From the NCBI GenBank assembly GCA_964439605.1, contig CAYTPC010000146.1, positions 17,602 through 81,601 on the forward strand: a stretch of 64,000 bases of DNA. Reading direction: 5' to 3'. A program made the position numbers and the translations under genes. Positions 50,663 to 59,720 of the stretch are shown here, piece by piece. The DNA is from an uncultured Burkholderiaceae bacterium. GTDB lineage: Bacteria; Pseudomonadota; Gammaproteobacteria; Burkholderiales; Burkholderiaceae_C. The notes under the pieces are model-generated. The model worked only from the letters and a program-made list of their open reading frames with translations, did no database searches and was not told the DNA's origin. Numbering within the stretch: position 1 is the first letter of the stretch; every line of letters begins with the position of its first letter.

Positions 50663-51274
50663 ATGATGGTGCTGTATTCAGGAACAACCTGCCCTTTCTC
50701 GCATCGTTGCCGTTTCGTATTGTTTGAGAAGGGCATGGATTTTGAAATCCGCGATGTTGATCTTTACAACAAGCCAGAAGACATCGGGGTGATGAACCCC
50801 TATGGCCAAGTGCCGATCCTGGTTGAGCGGGATCTGATCCTGTACGAGTCGAACATCATCAACGAGTACATCGACGAGCGCTTTCCGCATCCGCAACTGA
50901 TGCCGGGGGATCCGGTGGATCGCGCGCGCGTGCGCCTGTTTCTGCTCAACTTCGAGAAGGAACTGTTCGTGCACGTCTCCACGCTCGAAAATCGCAGCTC
51001 CAAGGGTAACGACAAGGCGCTTGAAAAGGCGCGCTCGCACATTCGTGACCGCCTCACGCAGTTGGCGCCGGTATTTCTCAAGAACAAATACATGCTCGGC
51101 GATAACTTCTCGATGCTCGACGTGGCGATCGCGCCATTGTTGTGGCGTCTCGACTATTACGGCATCGACCTGAGCAAGAATGCCGCGCCTTTGCTGAAAT
51201 ACGCCGAACGTGTCTTTTCGCGGCCGGCGTATATTGAGGCGCTGACACCTTCCGAAAAGGTGATGCGCAAATAA
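50663..51274 (+). CDS. sspA: Stringent starvation protein A (GST-like)
   Basis: 203 aa, MMVLYSGTTCPFSHRCRFVLFEKGMDFEIRDVDLYNKPED…. Followed by sspB. Confidence 0.9.
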   Translation: MMVLYSGTTCPFSHRCRFVLFEKGMDFEIRDVDLYNKPEDIGVMNPYGQVPILVERDLILYESNIINEYIDERFPHPQLMPGDPVDRARVRLFLLNFEKELFVHVSTLENRSSKGNDKALEKARSHIRDRLTQLAPVFLKNKYMLGDNFSMLDVAIAPLLWRLDYYGIDLSKNAAPLLKYAERVFSRPAYIEALTPSEKVMRK

Positions 51275-51306
51275 GCCACAGGGGCCACGCACGCCGCGCC
51301 CATCCC

Positions 51307-51828
51307 ATGATCAACGCGCTCGAATCGTCCTCCATGCGCCCGTACCTTATCCGGGCGCTATATGAATGGTGTACCGACAACGGATTGACACCCTACGCCG
51401 TGGTGCAGGTTGACGATTCGGTGCAGGTGCCGCGTGAATACGTCAAGAATGGCGAGATCGTGTTGAACATCGGTTTCGATGCCACGAATTTGCTCAAGCT
51501 TGGCAACGAGTTCATTGAATTCAAGGCTCGGTTCGCGGGCGTGGTGCGCGAAATCATCATTCCGATTGACCGTGTCCTGGCGATCTACGCGCGTGAGAAC
51601 GGGCAGGGGATGGTATTTCCTGCGTCGACGCAGGATGCGGATACTGCGGATACGGCACCTGAGCCGCGGTACGAAGCGCAGACCGACGACAAGATCGTTC
51701 ATCTGGTGGTTGATGAAGGGGATCCGCAAAGCGGTGACGCGCAGCCCGATCCGCAAGACGATCCGCCCAAGCCGCCGCCGCGTTCTCCCGAAGGTGGAGC
51801 GCGTCCCGCACTCAAGCGTGTCAAATAA
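51307..51828 (+). CDS. sspB: ClpXP adaptor / stringent starvation protein B
   Basis: …MRPYLIRALYEWCTDNGLTPYAVV…, acidic linker, C-terminal ClpX-binding-like tail …PALKRVK. The start may be the internal ATG at 51334. Confidence 0.85.
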   Translation: MINALESSSMRPYLIRALYEWCTDNGLTPYAVVQVDDSVQVPREYVKNGEIVLNIGFDATNLLKLGNEFIEFKARFAGVVREIIIPIDRVLAIYARENGQGMVFPASTQDADTADTAPEPRYEAQTDDKIVHLVVDEGDPQSGDAQPDPQDDPPKPPPRSPEGGARPALKRVK

Positions 51829-51864
51829 AAGCCCACTCGGGCCGCCGATAAAATTTCATCGCAT

Positions 51865-51940
51865 GCCGCTTTAGCTCAGTTGGTAGAGCAACTGATTTGT
51901 AATCAGTAGGTCGTCCGTTCGAGTCGGACAAGCGGCACCA
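51865..51940 (+). tRNA. tRNA-Thr (anticodon UGU)
   Basis: GCCGCTTTAGCTCAGTTGGTAGAGCAACTGATTTGTAATCAGTAGGTCGTCCGTTCGAGTCGGACAAGCGGCACCA. Acceptor stem GCCGCTT/AAGCGGC, anticodon stem ACTGA/TCAGT, loop TTTGTAA. Confidence 0.95.
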
Positions 51941-51998
51941 TCCCTTGCAATGGGGGGTCAGGTTTTCGGCGCGGCTTGGTTGCGCGCGTGAAAAACCG

Positions 51999-52604
51999 TC
52001 ATGCGATCGGCGTGATCCAGAGCTTGTACAAAGCCTGGACTTTTTCCCCGAGCTCCGCGACGGTCAGGTTTTCGTTATAGATCAGCGCATCGGCGGCTGA
52101 GCGGCGCAGATTGCGCGTGGCTTGCTGGCGAATGACGGCCCGCACGGCCTCGGCTGTCCAGCCGGAGCGAGCGATGACGCGCTCGGTTTGCGTTTCTTCA
52201 CGGGCATCGATGACCAGCACGCGGTCGACGATCGAGCGCCAGCGTTTCGATTCGACCAGAAGCGGTACGTCGAACACGGTCAGGGGCGTGCGGGCTGCTG
52301 CCGCACGCTCATCGCAGATCCGTCCGATCAGGGGGTGAACAATGGCTTCGAGCCCTTGCCGGGCCTGTGGGTCGCTGAATGCCAGTTCGCGCATGCGGAC
52401 GCGATTAAGCCCGCCATCGGCGGCGATCAGCGCGCGGCCGAAGCGCGCCTCGATCGCCGGCATTGCAGCGCCGCCGGATTGCGTGATCTCGCGCGCAATC
52501 GCGTCGGTGTCAATCAGTGTGGCGCCCTGAGCGACGAATAAGGCGGCAACCGTACTCTTGCCGCTGCCGATTCCGCCGGTCAGGCCCAGTCGCATGGAAA
52601 GCAT
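51999..52604 (-). CDS. coaE: Dephospho-CoA kinase
   Basis: Start ATG 52604 or 52595 (MLSMRLGLTGGIGSGKSTVAALF…). The longer track ORF would overlap pilD. Confidence 0.9.
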   Translation of the reverse strand: MLSMRLGLTGGIGSGKSTVAALFVAQGATLIDTDAIAREITQSGGAAMPAIEARFGRALIAADGGLNRVRMRELAFSDPQARQGLEAIVHPLIGRICDERAAAARTPLTVFDVPLLVESKRWRSIVDRVLVIDAREETQTERVIARSGWTAEAVRAVIRQQATRNLRRSAADALIYNENLTVAELGEKVQALYKLWITPIA

Positions 52605-52623
52605 GGCACGATTCCATTCAGGG

Positions 52624-53472
52624 TCAGAGGCCCGCGAGGCGCAGGATCGCGTCGGGGCCAAAAACCATCGCCGTCAGGCCGGCGGTGGCGAGAAAAGGTC
52701 CAAAAGGCACGTAACCGCCTTCGCGCAACCCCTTGGATGCCTTCAGCGTGAGGCCGGCAAGGATGCCGATGACGGAGGACATCAGGATGATCGGCACCAA
52801 GGCCTGCCACCCGAACCAGGCGCCGAGGGCAGCGAAAAGTTTGAAGTCGCCATAACCCATGCCTTCCTTGCCGGTTGCGAGTTTGAACAGCCAGTAGACG
52901 GCCCATAGCGACAGATAGCCCGCCGCAGCGCCCCACAGGGCATGCGGCAGGGTCACAGAGGTCAATCCGATCGAGGAGGCCAATAGTCCGGCCCACAGGA
53001 GCGGCAGTGTGATGTCGTCGGGCAGCAGCGTGGTGTCCCAATCGATCAGTGCCAACGTGATCAGCGTTGCGCCAAAGCCGCACCACGCGAGCGCGTGCCA
53101 AGGCCCAGGCATTTGCCATGCGCACCAGGCGAATAGCAGGCCGCAGGCGATTTCGACCAGGGGATAGCGCAGGCCGATCGATGTTTTGCATGCGGCACAT
53201 TTTCCACGCAGAAACAGATAGCTCAAAACGGGAATGTTCTCGAACCACCGGACTGTGTGGCCGCAGGCCGGACAGTGCGAGCGCGGCACGAGCAGGTTCA
53301 AGCGTTGCGCAGGCACAGGCGCCGCCGCGTCTTCGTGAAGACTGGCGCACTCGGCGGCCCATCGCCGCTCAAGCATCTTGGGCAGGCGGTGGATCACCAC
53401 ATTGAGGAAGCTGCCGACCATCAGTCCCAGAATGCTGGCCAACACAGCCAGTGCAATAGGTGGGACCAACAT
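52624..53472 (-). CDS. pilD: Prepilin peptidase / N-methyltransferase (A24 family)
   Basis: 282 aa. Zn-knuckle SHCPACGH…GKCAACK. Polytopic, …GMGYGDFKLFAALGAW…. Confidence 0.9.
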   Translation of the reverse strand: MLVPPIALAVLASILGLMVGSFLNVVIHRLPKMLERRWAAECASLHEDAAAPVPAQRLNLLVPRSHCPACGHTVRWFENIPVLSYLFLRGKCAACKTSIGLRYPLVEIACGLLFAWCAWQMPGPWHALAWCGFGATLITLALIDWDTTLLPDDITLPLLWAGLLASSIGLTSVTLPHALWGAAAGYLSLWAVYWLFKLATGKEGMGYGDFKLFAALGAWFGWQALVPIILMSSVIGILAGLTLKASKGLREGGYVPFGPFLATAGLTAMVFGPDAILRLAGL

Positions 53473-54695
53473 CAGACAACTTGGCCAAGCTTGAAGATTG
53501 GCAGATACATCGCGATCACGATGCTGCCGATGATAATGCTTAGAAAAACGATGATGATCGGCTCCATCAGGCTGGACAACCCGGCCACCATGCTGTCGAC
53601 TTCGGATTCGTAGAAATCGGCGACTTTGCCCAGCATATGGTCGATCGATCCCGATTCTTCGCCGATGGCGGCCATCTGCAGCGTCATGACTGGAAAAATC
53701 GCAGCGTTTGCCATGGCGGTCGTGAGGCTGGTGCCGGTTGATATCTCTTGCTGGATCTTGGCGGTCGCCTCCGCGTAGACGGCATTGCCCGATGCGCCGC
53801 CGACCGAGTCAAGCGCCTCCACCAACGGAACGCCGGCGGCGAACATGGTGGCGAGTGTGCGCGTCCAGCGTGCGACGCATGATTTGTTGACCAGCGTGCC
53901 GAAGATCGGCATGCGAAGCAGCAGGCGATCCATTGCCATTTGCAGGCGCTCGCTGCGTTTCCATGCCTGGATGAAAAAGTAGACGCCGGCGCCGATCGTG
54001 CCGAAGATCAACCACCAGTAGTCAACGAAGAACTCACTGATGCCCATCACAACCAGTGTGGGGCTGGGCAAGGCGGCGCCGAAGGAGCTGAACACCTGCT
54101 TGAACGAGGGAATCACGAAGATCATGATGATCGACAGCACCGCGAAGGCGACCACGACCACCGCACTCGGATACATGAGCGCCGATTTGATCTTGGATTT
54201 GAGGGCCTCGGTCTTCTCCATGTAGAGCGCCAGCCGGTCGAGCAGATCTTCGAGGATCCCGGCCGCCTCTCCGGCTTCGACCAGGTTGCAGTACAGACTG
54301 TCGAAATGTTTCGGGAATTTGCGAAATGCCGCCGATAGCGAAGTGCCGGTTTCCACGTCGTTGCGGATGCCGTCGAGCAGTTTGGCAATGCTGGGGTTGG
54401 CGTGGCCGCGCCCTACGATGTCGAAGGACTGCAGCAACGGCACGCCTGCCTTCATCATCGTCGCGAGCTGGCGCGTGAAGACGGCGATGTCCTTGGGCTT
54501 GATCGATTTGCCGGTGTGATTGCGCCGCTTCTTGATCTTGGTGGGCAGCACGCCCTGGCGGCGCAGCGAGGCATGGACCTGGTTTTCGCCGGCGGCGCGT
54601 ATCTCGCCGCGCACGATCTTGCCGTTGCGATCCTTGCCCTCCCAGTCGTAGGCGAATTCTTTGAGGTTCTGGCGGTTTGGCGCGGCAATGGCCAT
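53472..54695 (-). CDS. pilC: Type IV pilus assembly platform protein PilC (GspF family)
   Basis: Start ATG 54695 (MAIAAPNRQNLKEFAYDWEGKDRNGK…). Two GspF repeats. Confidence 0.9.
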   Translation of the reverse strand: MAIAAPNRQNLKEFAYDWEGKDRNGKIVRGEIRAAGENQVHASLRRQGVLPTKIKKRRNHTGKSIKPKDIAVFTRQLATMMKAGVPLLQSFDIVGRGHANPSIAKLLDGIRNDVETGTSLSAAFRKFPKHFDSLYCNLVEAGEAAGILEDLLDRLALYMEKTEALKSKIKSALMYPSAVVVVAFAVLSIIMIFVIPSFKQVFSSFGAALPSPTLVVMGISEFFVDYWWLIFGTIGAGVYFFIQAWKRSERLQMAMDRLLLRMPIFGTLVNKSCVARWTRTLATMFAAGVPLVEALDSVGGASGNAVYAEATAKIQQEISTGTSLTTAMANAAIFPVMTLQMAAIGEESGSIDHMLGKVADFYESEVDSMVAGLSSLMEPIIIVFLSIIIGSIVIAMYLPIFKLGQVV

Positions 54696-54714
54696 GGATT
54701 CTCCTCCGGTATGT

Positions 54715-56454
54715 TTATTCGTTGGTGACGGCCAGCACTTCTTCAAGCGAGGTCAATCCCTGCATGACTTTTTGCAAGCCCGATTGGCGCAGCGTGCGTA
54801 CGCCCTCGGCCTCGGCCTGCTTGGCGATTTCGAGCGCGCTGCCGTCGCGCAGGATGATTTCCTGGATCGCTTCGCTGATCGGCATGACTTGATAGATGCC
54901 CACGCGGCCCTTGTACCCGTTGTTGCAGGCTGAGCAGCCGACGGGCCGGTACGGTTTCCAGCGGCCATCGAGCTCTTCCTTCTTGAAACCGGCTTCGATC
55001 AGCGTCTCGTGCGGCACTTCGTGCGGCTGGCGGCAGGCGGGGCACAAGCGCCGCCCCAGGCGCTGGGCAGTGATGAGGATTACGCTCGAAGCGATGTTGA
55101 ACGGCGCGATGCCCATGTTGCGCAGGCGCGTGAGGGTGGTTGGCGCATCGTTCGTGTGCAGCGTCGATAACACCAGGTGGCCGGTTTGCGCGGCTTTGAT
55201 CGCGATGTCGGCGGTTTCCAGATCGCGGATTTCCCCGACCATGATGATGTCCGGGTCCTGCCGCAAAAAGGCGCGCAGCGCCGCTGCAAAGGTCAGGCCG
55301 GCTTTCTCGTTGACGTTGACCTGGTTGACGCCCGGCAGGTTGATTTCCGACGGATCTTCGACGGTGGCGATGTTTACGTCAGCCTTGTTGCGCAGGTTCA
55401 GGCAGGTATAGAGCGACATGGTCTTGCCCGAGCCGGTCGGCCCCGTCACCAGCACCATGCCGTATGGGCGCTGGATCGCTTCGAGCAGGCGCGCTTTTTC
55501 ATCCGGGTCGTAGCCGAGCGCGTCGATCCCCATGCGGGCCATGCTGGAGTCCAGAATCCGGATGACGATCTTTTCGCCGAACAGCGTCGGCAGCGTACTG
55601 ACCCGGAAGTCGATCACCCGGTCGGCGCCGAGCTTGAGCTTCATGCGGCCATCTTGCGGGACGCGTTTTTCGGAAATATCGAGCCGCGAGATCACCTTGA
55701 TGCGGGAGGCCAGGCGGTCCTTGATGGCCGGTGGCGGCGACACGATTTCGCGCAGGTCGCCGTCGATGCGAAAGCGCACGCGGTAGTTGTGTTCGTACGG
55801 TTCGAAATGGATGTCCGAGGCGCGCATGCTGATCGCGTCGATCAACATCTTGTGCAGAAAACGCACCACCGGCGCATCGTCGATTTCCGAGTGCGATGAA
55901 TCGGCGCTAATGTCATCGGCCGCGTCGGCGGTTTCAATGTCGAATTCGAATTCGGCGCCGACGATGTTGTCAATCGCCTCGGCCGCGTGGACGGCGGCGG
56001 TCGCCTCGATTGCATGCGAAAGCTTGTCGTATTCAACGACGATCCAGTCCACGCTCAGTTGCGTGGTGAACTTGATCTTCTCCGCGGCTTCTTGATCGGC
56101 GGGGTCGGCCGTGGCGACGATCAGCCGGTTGCCGCGCTTGCCCAGCACCACGATGCGGTAAGCCATGCACAGCTTCTGGTCAAGCAGGTTCTTGGGCAGG
56201 CGTTTCGGATCGATCGCATGAAGGTCCAGCAACGGTACGCTGAAGGCTGTGGACAGCGTATGAGCCAAATCCGTCGCCGATACCGCCCCCGATCCGATGA
56301 TCTCGGCGATGAAGCTCGTCTTCGCGGTCTTGGACTTCTGGTAGATCTCTTGGGCCGTCCTGGCTTGCAGCTTGCCTGCCGAAATCAGCGCGCGTGCCAG
56401 CCCGGGCAGAGCGATCGGCGGGGGCTCTTGAGCCGTGGGGTTGGCAACAGCCAT
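54715..56454 (-). CDS. pilB: Type IV pilus assembly ATPase PilB (GspE family)
   Basis: 579 aa. Walker A GPTGSGKTMSLY. Tetracysteine CPACR…CSAC. Confidence 0.9.
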   Translation of the reverse strand: MAVANPTAQEPPPIALPGLARALISAGKLQARTAQEIYQKSKTAKTSFIAEIIGSGAVSATDLAHTLSTAFSVPLLDLHAIDPKRLPKNLLDQKLCMAYRIVVLGKRGNRLIVATADPADQEAAEKIKFTTQLSVDWIVVEYDKLSHAIEATAAVHAAEAIDNIVGAEFEFDIETADAADDISADSSHSEIDDAPVVRFLHKMLIDAISMRASDIHFEPYEHNYRVRFRIDGDLREIVSPPPAIKDRLASRIKVISRLDISEKRVPQDGRMKLKLGADRVIDFRVSTLPTLFGEKIVIRILDSSMARMGIDALGYDPDEKARLLEAIQRPYGMVLVTGPTGSGKTMSLYTCLNLRNKADVNIATVEDPSEINLPGVNQVNVNEKAGLTFAAALRAFLRQDPDIIMVGEIRDLETADIAIKAAQTGHLVLSTLHTNDAPTTLTRLRNMGIAPFNIASSVILITAQRLGRRLCPACRQPHEVPHETLIEAGFKKEELDGRWKPYRPVGCSACNNGYKGRVGIYQVMPISEAIQEIILRDGSALEIAKQAEAEGVRTLRQSGLQKVMQGLTSLEEVLAVTNE

Positions 56455-56700
56455 TTACAAAATGCTCACAATAGTCACAATTTGTTTGCAATCATCGTTG
56501 ATCGCCGACAAACTGTAAACTGGTTCGTCGCAGGTTTTCTGGATCAGCGAGGGGCTCAGGGGGACGGTTCCGGTATGCCGTCGGCAGGGAGCAGGGTGGA
56601 TGTGGCGGACTCGTCACGCGCGCGACGCGCCAAGGGAGCTCTGCGCCATGAAAGCAAGCGCTGACAATCGTTCGGGACTTGTTCAGCGTGGTATGAAAGC

Positions 56701-56741
56701 AAAAAAGCCTGCCAACTGTCTGCAAGTTGGCAGGCTTTTTT
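56701..56741. terminator. Strong bidirectional rho-independent terminator
   Basis: AAAAAA-GCCTGCCAACT-gtctgca-AGTTGGCAGGC-TTTTTT. An 11-bp perfect stem flanked by A- and T-tracts, 14 nt downstream of the tRNA-Lys 3' end on the minus strand. Confidence 0.8.
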
Positions 56742-56755
56742 GTGAACCGGATGTT

Positions 56756-56831
56756 TGGTGGGCCCTGTAGGATTCGAACCTACGACCTACGGATTAAGAG
56801 TCCGCTGCTCTACCAACTGAGCTAAGAGCCC
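56756..56831 (-). tRNA. tRNA-Lys (anticodon CUU)
   Basis: The reverse complement is GGGCTCTTAGCTCAGTTGGTAGAGCAGCGGACTCTTAATCCGTAGGTCGTAGGTTCGAATCCTACAGGGCCCACCA. Anticodon stem GCGGA/TCCGT, loop CTCTTAA. Confidence 0.9.
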
Positions 56832-56864
56832 CTGAAAGAGGGTGCCGTATACAGGCAATCCAAA

Positions 56865-56894
56865 ATTATAGCCGACATCGCGCTGTCTTGTCGA
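56865..56894 (-). promoter_or_regulatory. Putative sigma-70 promoter for tRNA-Lys
   Basis: Minus strand: TCGACA (56894-56889), 18-nt spacer, TATAAT (56870-56865), ~33 nt upstream of the mature tRNA 5' end. Confidence 0.35.
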
Positions 56895-56909
56895 GTGACC
56901 CGCGAGGAA

Positions 56910-57398
56910 TCATTTCTGCCGCTCGTAGGTGACGAACGCAAACCGCAGTCCATTGGATGAGGCGTTGTTTTCGCATGCAACGCGCGTCCATTGGGCATCG
57001 AGTTCGGGCGCGAGCGCGTCGCCTTCGAAGTCCTGCGCGATCTCGGTGACGACCGCGCGTTGGGCCAACGGCAGGGCCTCGCGGTAGATTTGTGCACCGC
57101 CGATCACCCAGACTTCGCCTTCGTGCGCGCACTGGGCGAGCGCGTCGCGCAGGTTCGCGGCATGCACGGCGCCGTCCGCATTCCAGTCCGGTTGGCGCGT
57201 GAGGACGATGTTCGTGCGCCCGGGCAGCGGCCGAAAGCGCGGCGGCAGCGAATCCCAGGTCTTGCGGCCCATGATGACTGGGCAGCCTGCCGTCGTGCGC
57301 TTGAAATGCACCATGTCTTCGGGCAGATGCCAGGGCAGCGCGCCATTCTTGCCGATCACGCCGTTGGCGGCACGGGCATAGATCAGGTTCAGGCGCAT
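56910..57398 (-). CDS. folA: Dihydrofolate reductase
   Basis: Start ATG 57398 (MRLNLIYARAANGVIGKNGALPWHLPEDMVHFKRTTAGCPVIMGRKTWDSLP…), 162 aa. Confidence 0.9.
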   Translation of the reverse strand: MRLNLIYARAANGVIGKNGALPWHLPEDMVHFKRTTAGCPVIMGRKTWDSLPPRFRPLPGRTNIVLTRQPDWNADGAVHAANLRDALAQCAHEGEVWVIGGAQIYREALPLAQRAVVTEIAQDFEGDALAPELDAQWTRVACENNASSNGLRFAFVTYERQK

Positions 57399-57429
57399 GG
57401 GAATTTGCCTCGTTTTCAGGGTTATTGGC

Positions 57430-58794
57430 TCAGTCGTCAAAGTTAAAGCACCAATGGGCAAGATGCCTCAATTCTCTTGCACTGCCGTCCGGAACTTTGT
57501 CTGGTTTAGGCTGGTCCTCGGCCGGAGCGGGGACATTTCGCGCGATTCGCCGAACCCAGGGCGTTCTATCGAGTGCGGATGTCCACATCTGCCAGCGCCC
57601 CTTCCGGCTTCCTTGATAGCGCAAAATCAAATCGTTTGCAGAAGGAATATTCCTGAATACACCGGCCAGATATTCGCAGCGGACACGAGCAATTCCACTC
57701 TTGTTCTTCGCCGTGCTGCCCTCGTGACAATACACCGTCACCCACGTGCCCTCCTGCACGCGGATGGCGTACACGTCGCCAGCTTGCGCGGGACCGGATC
57801 CGGCCTCTAGGGATGTTTTCGTGAAAACGTGTTTCGAGGTGCGGCGGCGTTCAAACGCGCCAGTCAAGGTTTCGGCCAGCGCCGGCTCGGGGGTTGGGCG
57901 TTTGCCCGTGGCGTCCACTACGCTCAGGTGAAGATGGCCGAATACCGCATCGAATACATCCTGCTGGATGCCGCAGGACGAATCCCACCACGCCAGCGGG
58001 GCTTGTACTTCCACGCGAATATTCGGGCGCGTGTCACGGTCACGGTAATTCGTGAATTTCGTGAGCATGCCCGGATATTCGGGTGTCGCAAGAATTCCGA
58101 CAATCGCCAACGCTTCCAGCAAGGACTGATAGGCGTAGTCATTGTTTGACGGCAGCAGCCTGGCTTTTTTGAGTATTTGCGCCGCCCTGGAGTAACGGGT
58201 TCTCGGCGGCAGCTTTCGCAGCACGTCAAAAATGGCCGACAGCGTCCAGAGATCATATTTGGTGGGAATGGGTACGCCGGAGGAGAGGCGAAGCTGGCGC
58301 ATTTCGCGCAGCAATATCACGTGCTCCGGCACGTGCCCATCGATCGGGACTCCTTGCGTCATCCCGAAATACCAAGCGAGCGTTTTATCTTCCGTGCTTC
58401 CCTGGTGAAAACCGCAGATGCCACAGATGTTTTCGGATGCGGTCGGTTCGCTGAAAAGCTCGTAGGCATGGATCGGCATTGCATAGCCAAGGGCTTTTCC
58501 GGTTAAGGCAGAGCGCCAAATCCATGGCGCGGACCACAGCGAGGCGGCAAAGGCGCTGGCGGCTTCCTGGAGGGTCCATTCGGCGGACAGTGTCTTGAGT
58601 TCAGCCACTGCTTTGTCATGGTCGAATTGCTCGAATGTATTGACCATTCGCCCGGCCTTTTCGAGCTCGTCCAGCGTGGAAGCGGCCATGAACGACGGAA
58701 TCCGGTGCATGTGTTGGCCGGTGGCATCGTCGTAATAGTTGCTGCCAAGCGCCACAATCTGTTTGAGTGCGAATAATTGATCTACCGTGTTCAT
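57430..58794 (-). CDS. Hypothetical protein, 454 aa, no family recognised; compositionally atypical insert between thyA and folA
   Basis: A single uninterrupted ORF, 58 nt after the thyA stop and 31 nt before the folA start, on the same strand. Rare codons for this genome appear at the 5' end (GTA, CAA, TTA, AAA, ATT). My hand-counted samples show lower GC than the neighbours. Only a CGICGFH patch (aa 124-130) and scattered Cys/His/Trp stand out. Confidence 0.7.
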   Translation of the reverse strand: MNTVDQLFALKQIVALGSNYYDDATGQHMHRIPSFMAASTLDELEKAGRMVNTFEQFDHDKAVAELKTLSAEWTLQEAASAFAASLWSAPWIWRSALTGKALGYAMPIHAYELFSEPTASENICGICGFHQGSTEDKTLAWYFGMTQGVPIDGHVPEHVILLREMRQLRLSSGVPIPTKYDLWTLSAIFDVLRKLPPRTRYSRAAQILKKARLLPSNNDYAYQSLLEALAIVGILATPEYPGMLTKFTNYRDRDTRPNIRVEVQAPLAWWDSSCGIQQDVFDAVFGHLHLSVVDATGKRPTPEPALAETLTGAFERRRTSKHVFTKTSLEAGSGPAQAGDVYAIRVQEGTWVTVYCHEGSTAKNKSGIARVRCEYLAGVFRNIPSANDLILRYQGSRKGRWQMWTSALDRTPWVRRIARNVPAPAEDQPKPDKVPDGSARELRHLAHWCFNFDD

Positions 58795-58852
58795 GGAGAT
58801 CTGATGGTGTTGAGTTCAGTCAATTTCTTCTCCGGGGCAGAAAAAATCTGCT

Positions 58853-59692
58853 TCAGACTGCCACGGGCGCTTTGATCGCCGGGTGACATTGGTAATCGTG
58901 CACCTCGAAGTCTTCGTATTCGTATTCGAAGATCGAGGCCGGTTTGCGCCGGATGTGCAGTGTCGGGTATGGGTAGGGCGTGCGTGAGAGTTGCAGCGCC
59001 ACTTGTTCGGCGTGGTTGCTGTAGATGTGGCAGTCGCCGCCGGTCCAGATGAAATCGCCCACGTCCAGGTCGCACTGTTGCGCGATCATGTGCGTAAGCA
59101 GCGCGTAGCTGGCGATATTGAAGGGTACGCCCAGAAAGATGTCCGCGCTGCGCTGGTAAAGCTGGCAGCTCAGCCTGGCGCGTTGGCCTTCGTGCGCCGG
59201 CGCGACGTAGAACTGGAAGAAGGCGTGGCAGGGCAGGAGCGCCATCTTCGGCAGATCGGCCACATTCCAGGCGCTGACGATGATGCGGCGCGAGTCGGGG
59301 TTGGTTTTGAGTGCTTGAATGACTCCGGCGATCTGGTCGATGTGTCCGCCATCGGGCGTGGGCCAACTGCGCCATTGCACGCCATACACCGGACCGAGGC
59401 TGCCGTCCTCGCGCGCCCATTCGTCCCAGATCGTCACGCCGCGCTCGCGCAGCCAGTTGTTGTCGCTCGACCCCTGGAGGAACCACAGCAGTTCGTAAAT
59501 GATCGACTTCAGATGCACCTTCTTGGTGGTGACCAGCGGAAAACCTTCGCTCAGGTCAAAGCGCATCTGATGGCCGAACACACTCTTGGTGCCGGTGCCG
59601 GTGCGATCCATTTTGAACACGCCCTGCGTATCCACATGGCGCATGAAATCTTCGTACTGTGAGCGGATCGGGCGGTTGTTCATTTGGCTCAT
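58853..59692 (-). CDS. thyA: Thymidylate synthase (ThyA type)
   Basis: …[19 protein letters not shown]…LWFLQGSS…, catalytic [12 protein letters not shown]-terminus …AIKAPVAV. Confidence 0.95.
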   Translation of the reverse strand: MSQMNNRPIRSQYEDFMRHVDTQGVFKMDRTGTGTKSVFGHQMRFDLSEGFPLVTTKKVHLKSIIYELLWFLQGSSDNNWLRERGVTIWDEWAREDGSLGPVYGVQWRSWPTPDGGHIDQIAGVIQALKTNPDSRRIIVSAWNVADLPKMALLPCHAFFQFYVAPAHEGQRARLSCQLYQRSADIFLGVPFNIASYALLTHMIAQQCDLDVGDFIWTGGDCHIYSNHAEQVALQLSRTPYPYPTLHIRRKPASIFEYEYEDFEVHDYQCHPAIKAPVAV

Positions 59693-59720
59693 TTGGCGAT
59701 CGGCAAGTTGCGGGGGGCGG

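Noticed and set aside
51865-56831. The coaE-pilDCB block bracketed by tRNA-Thr and tRNA-Lys, considered as a possible genomic island.
   Set aside because: There is no integrase, no direct repeat of a tRNA 3' end that I could find, GC content is like the rest of the window, and coaE-pilD-pilC-pilB is a conserved housekeeping arrangement.
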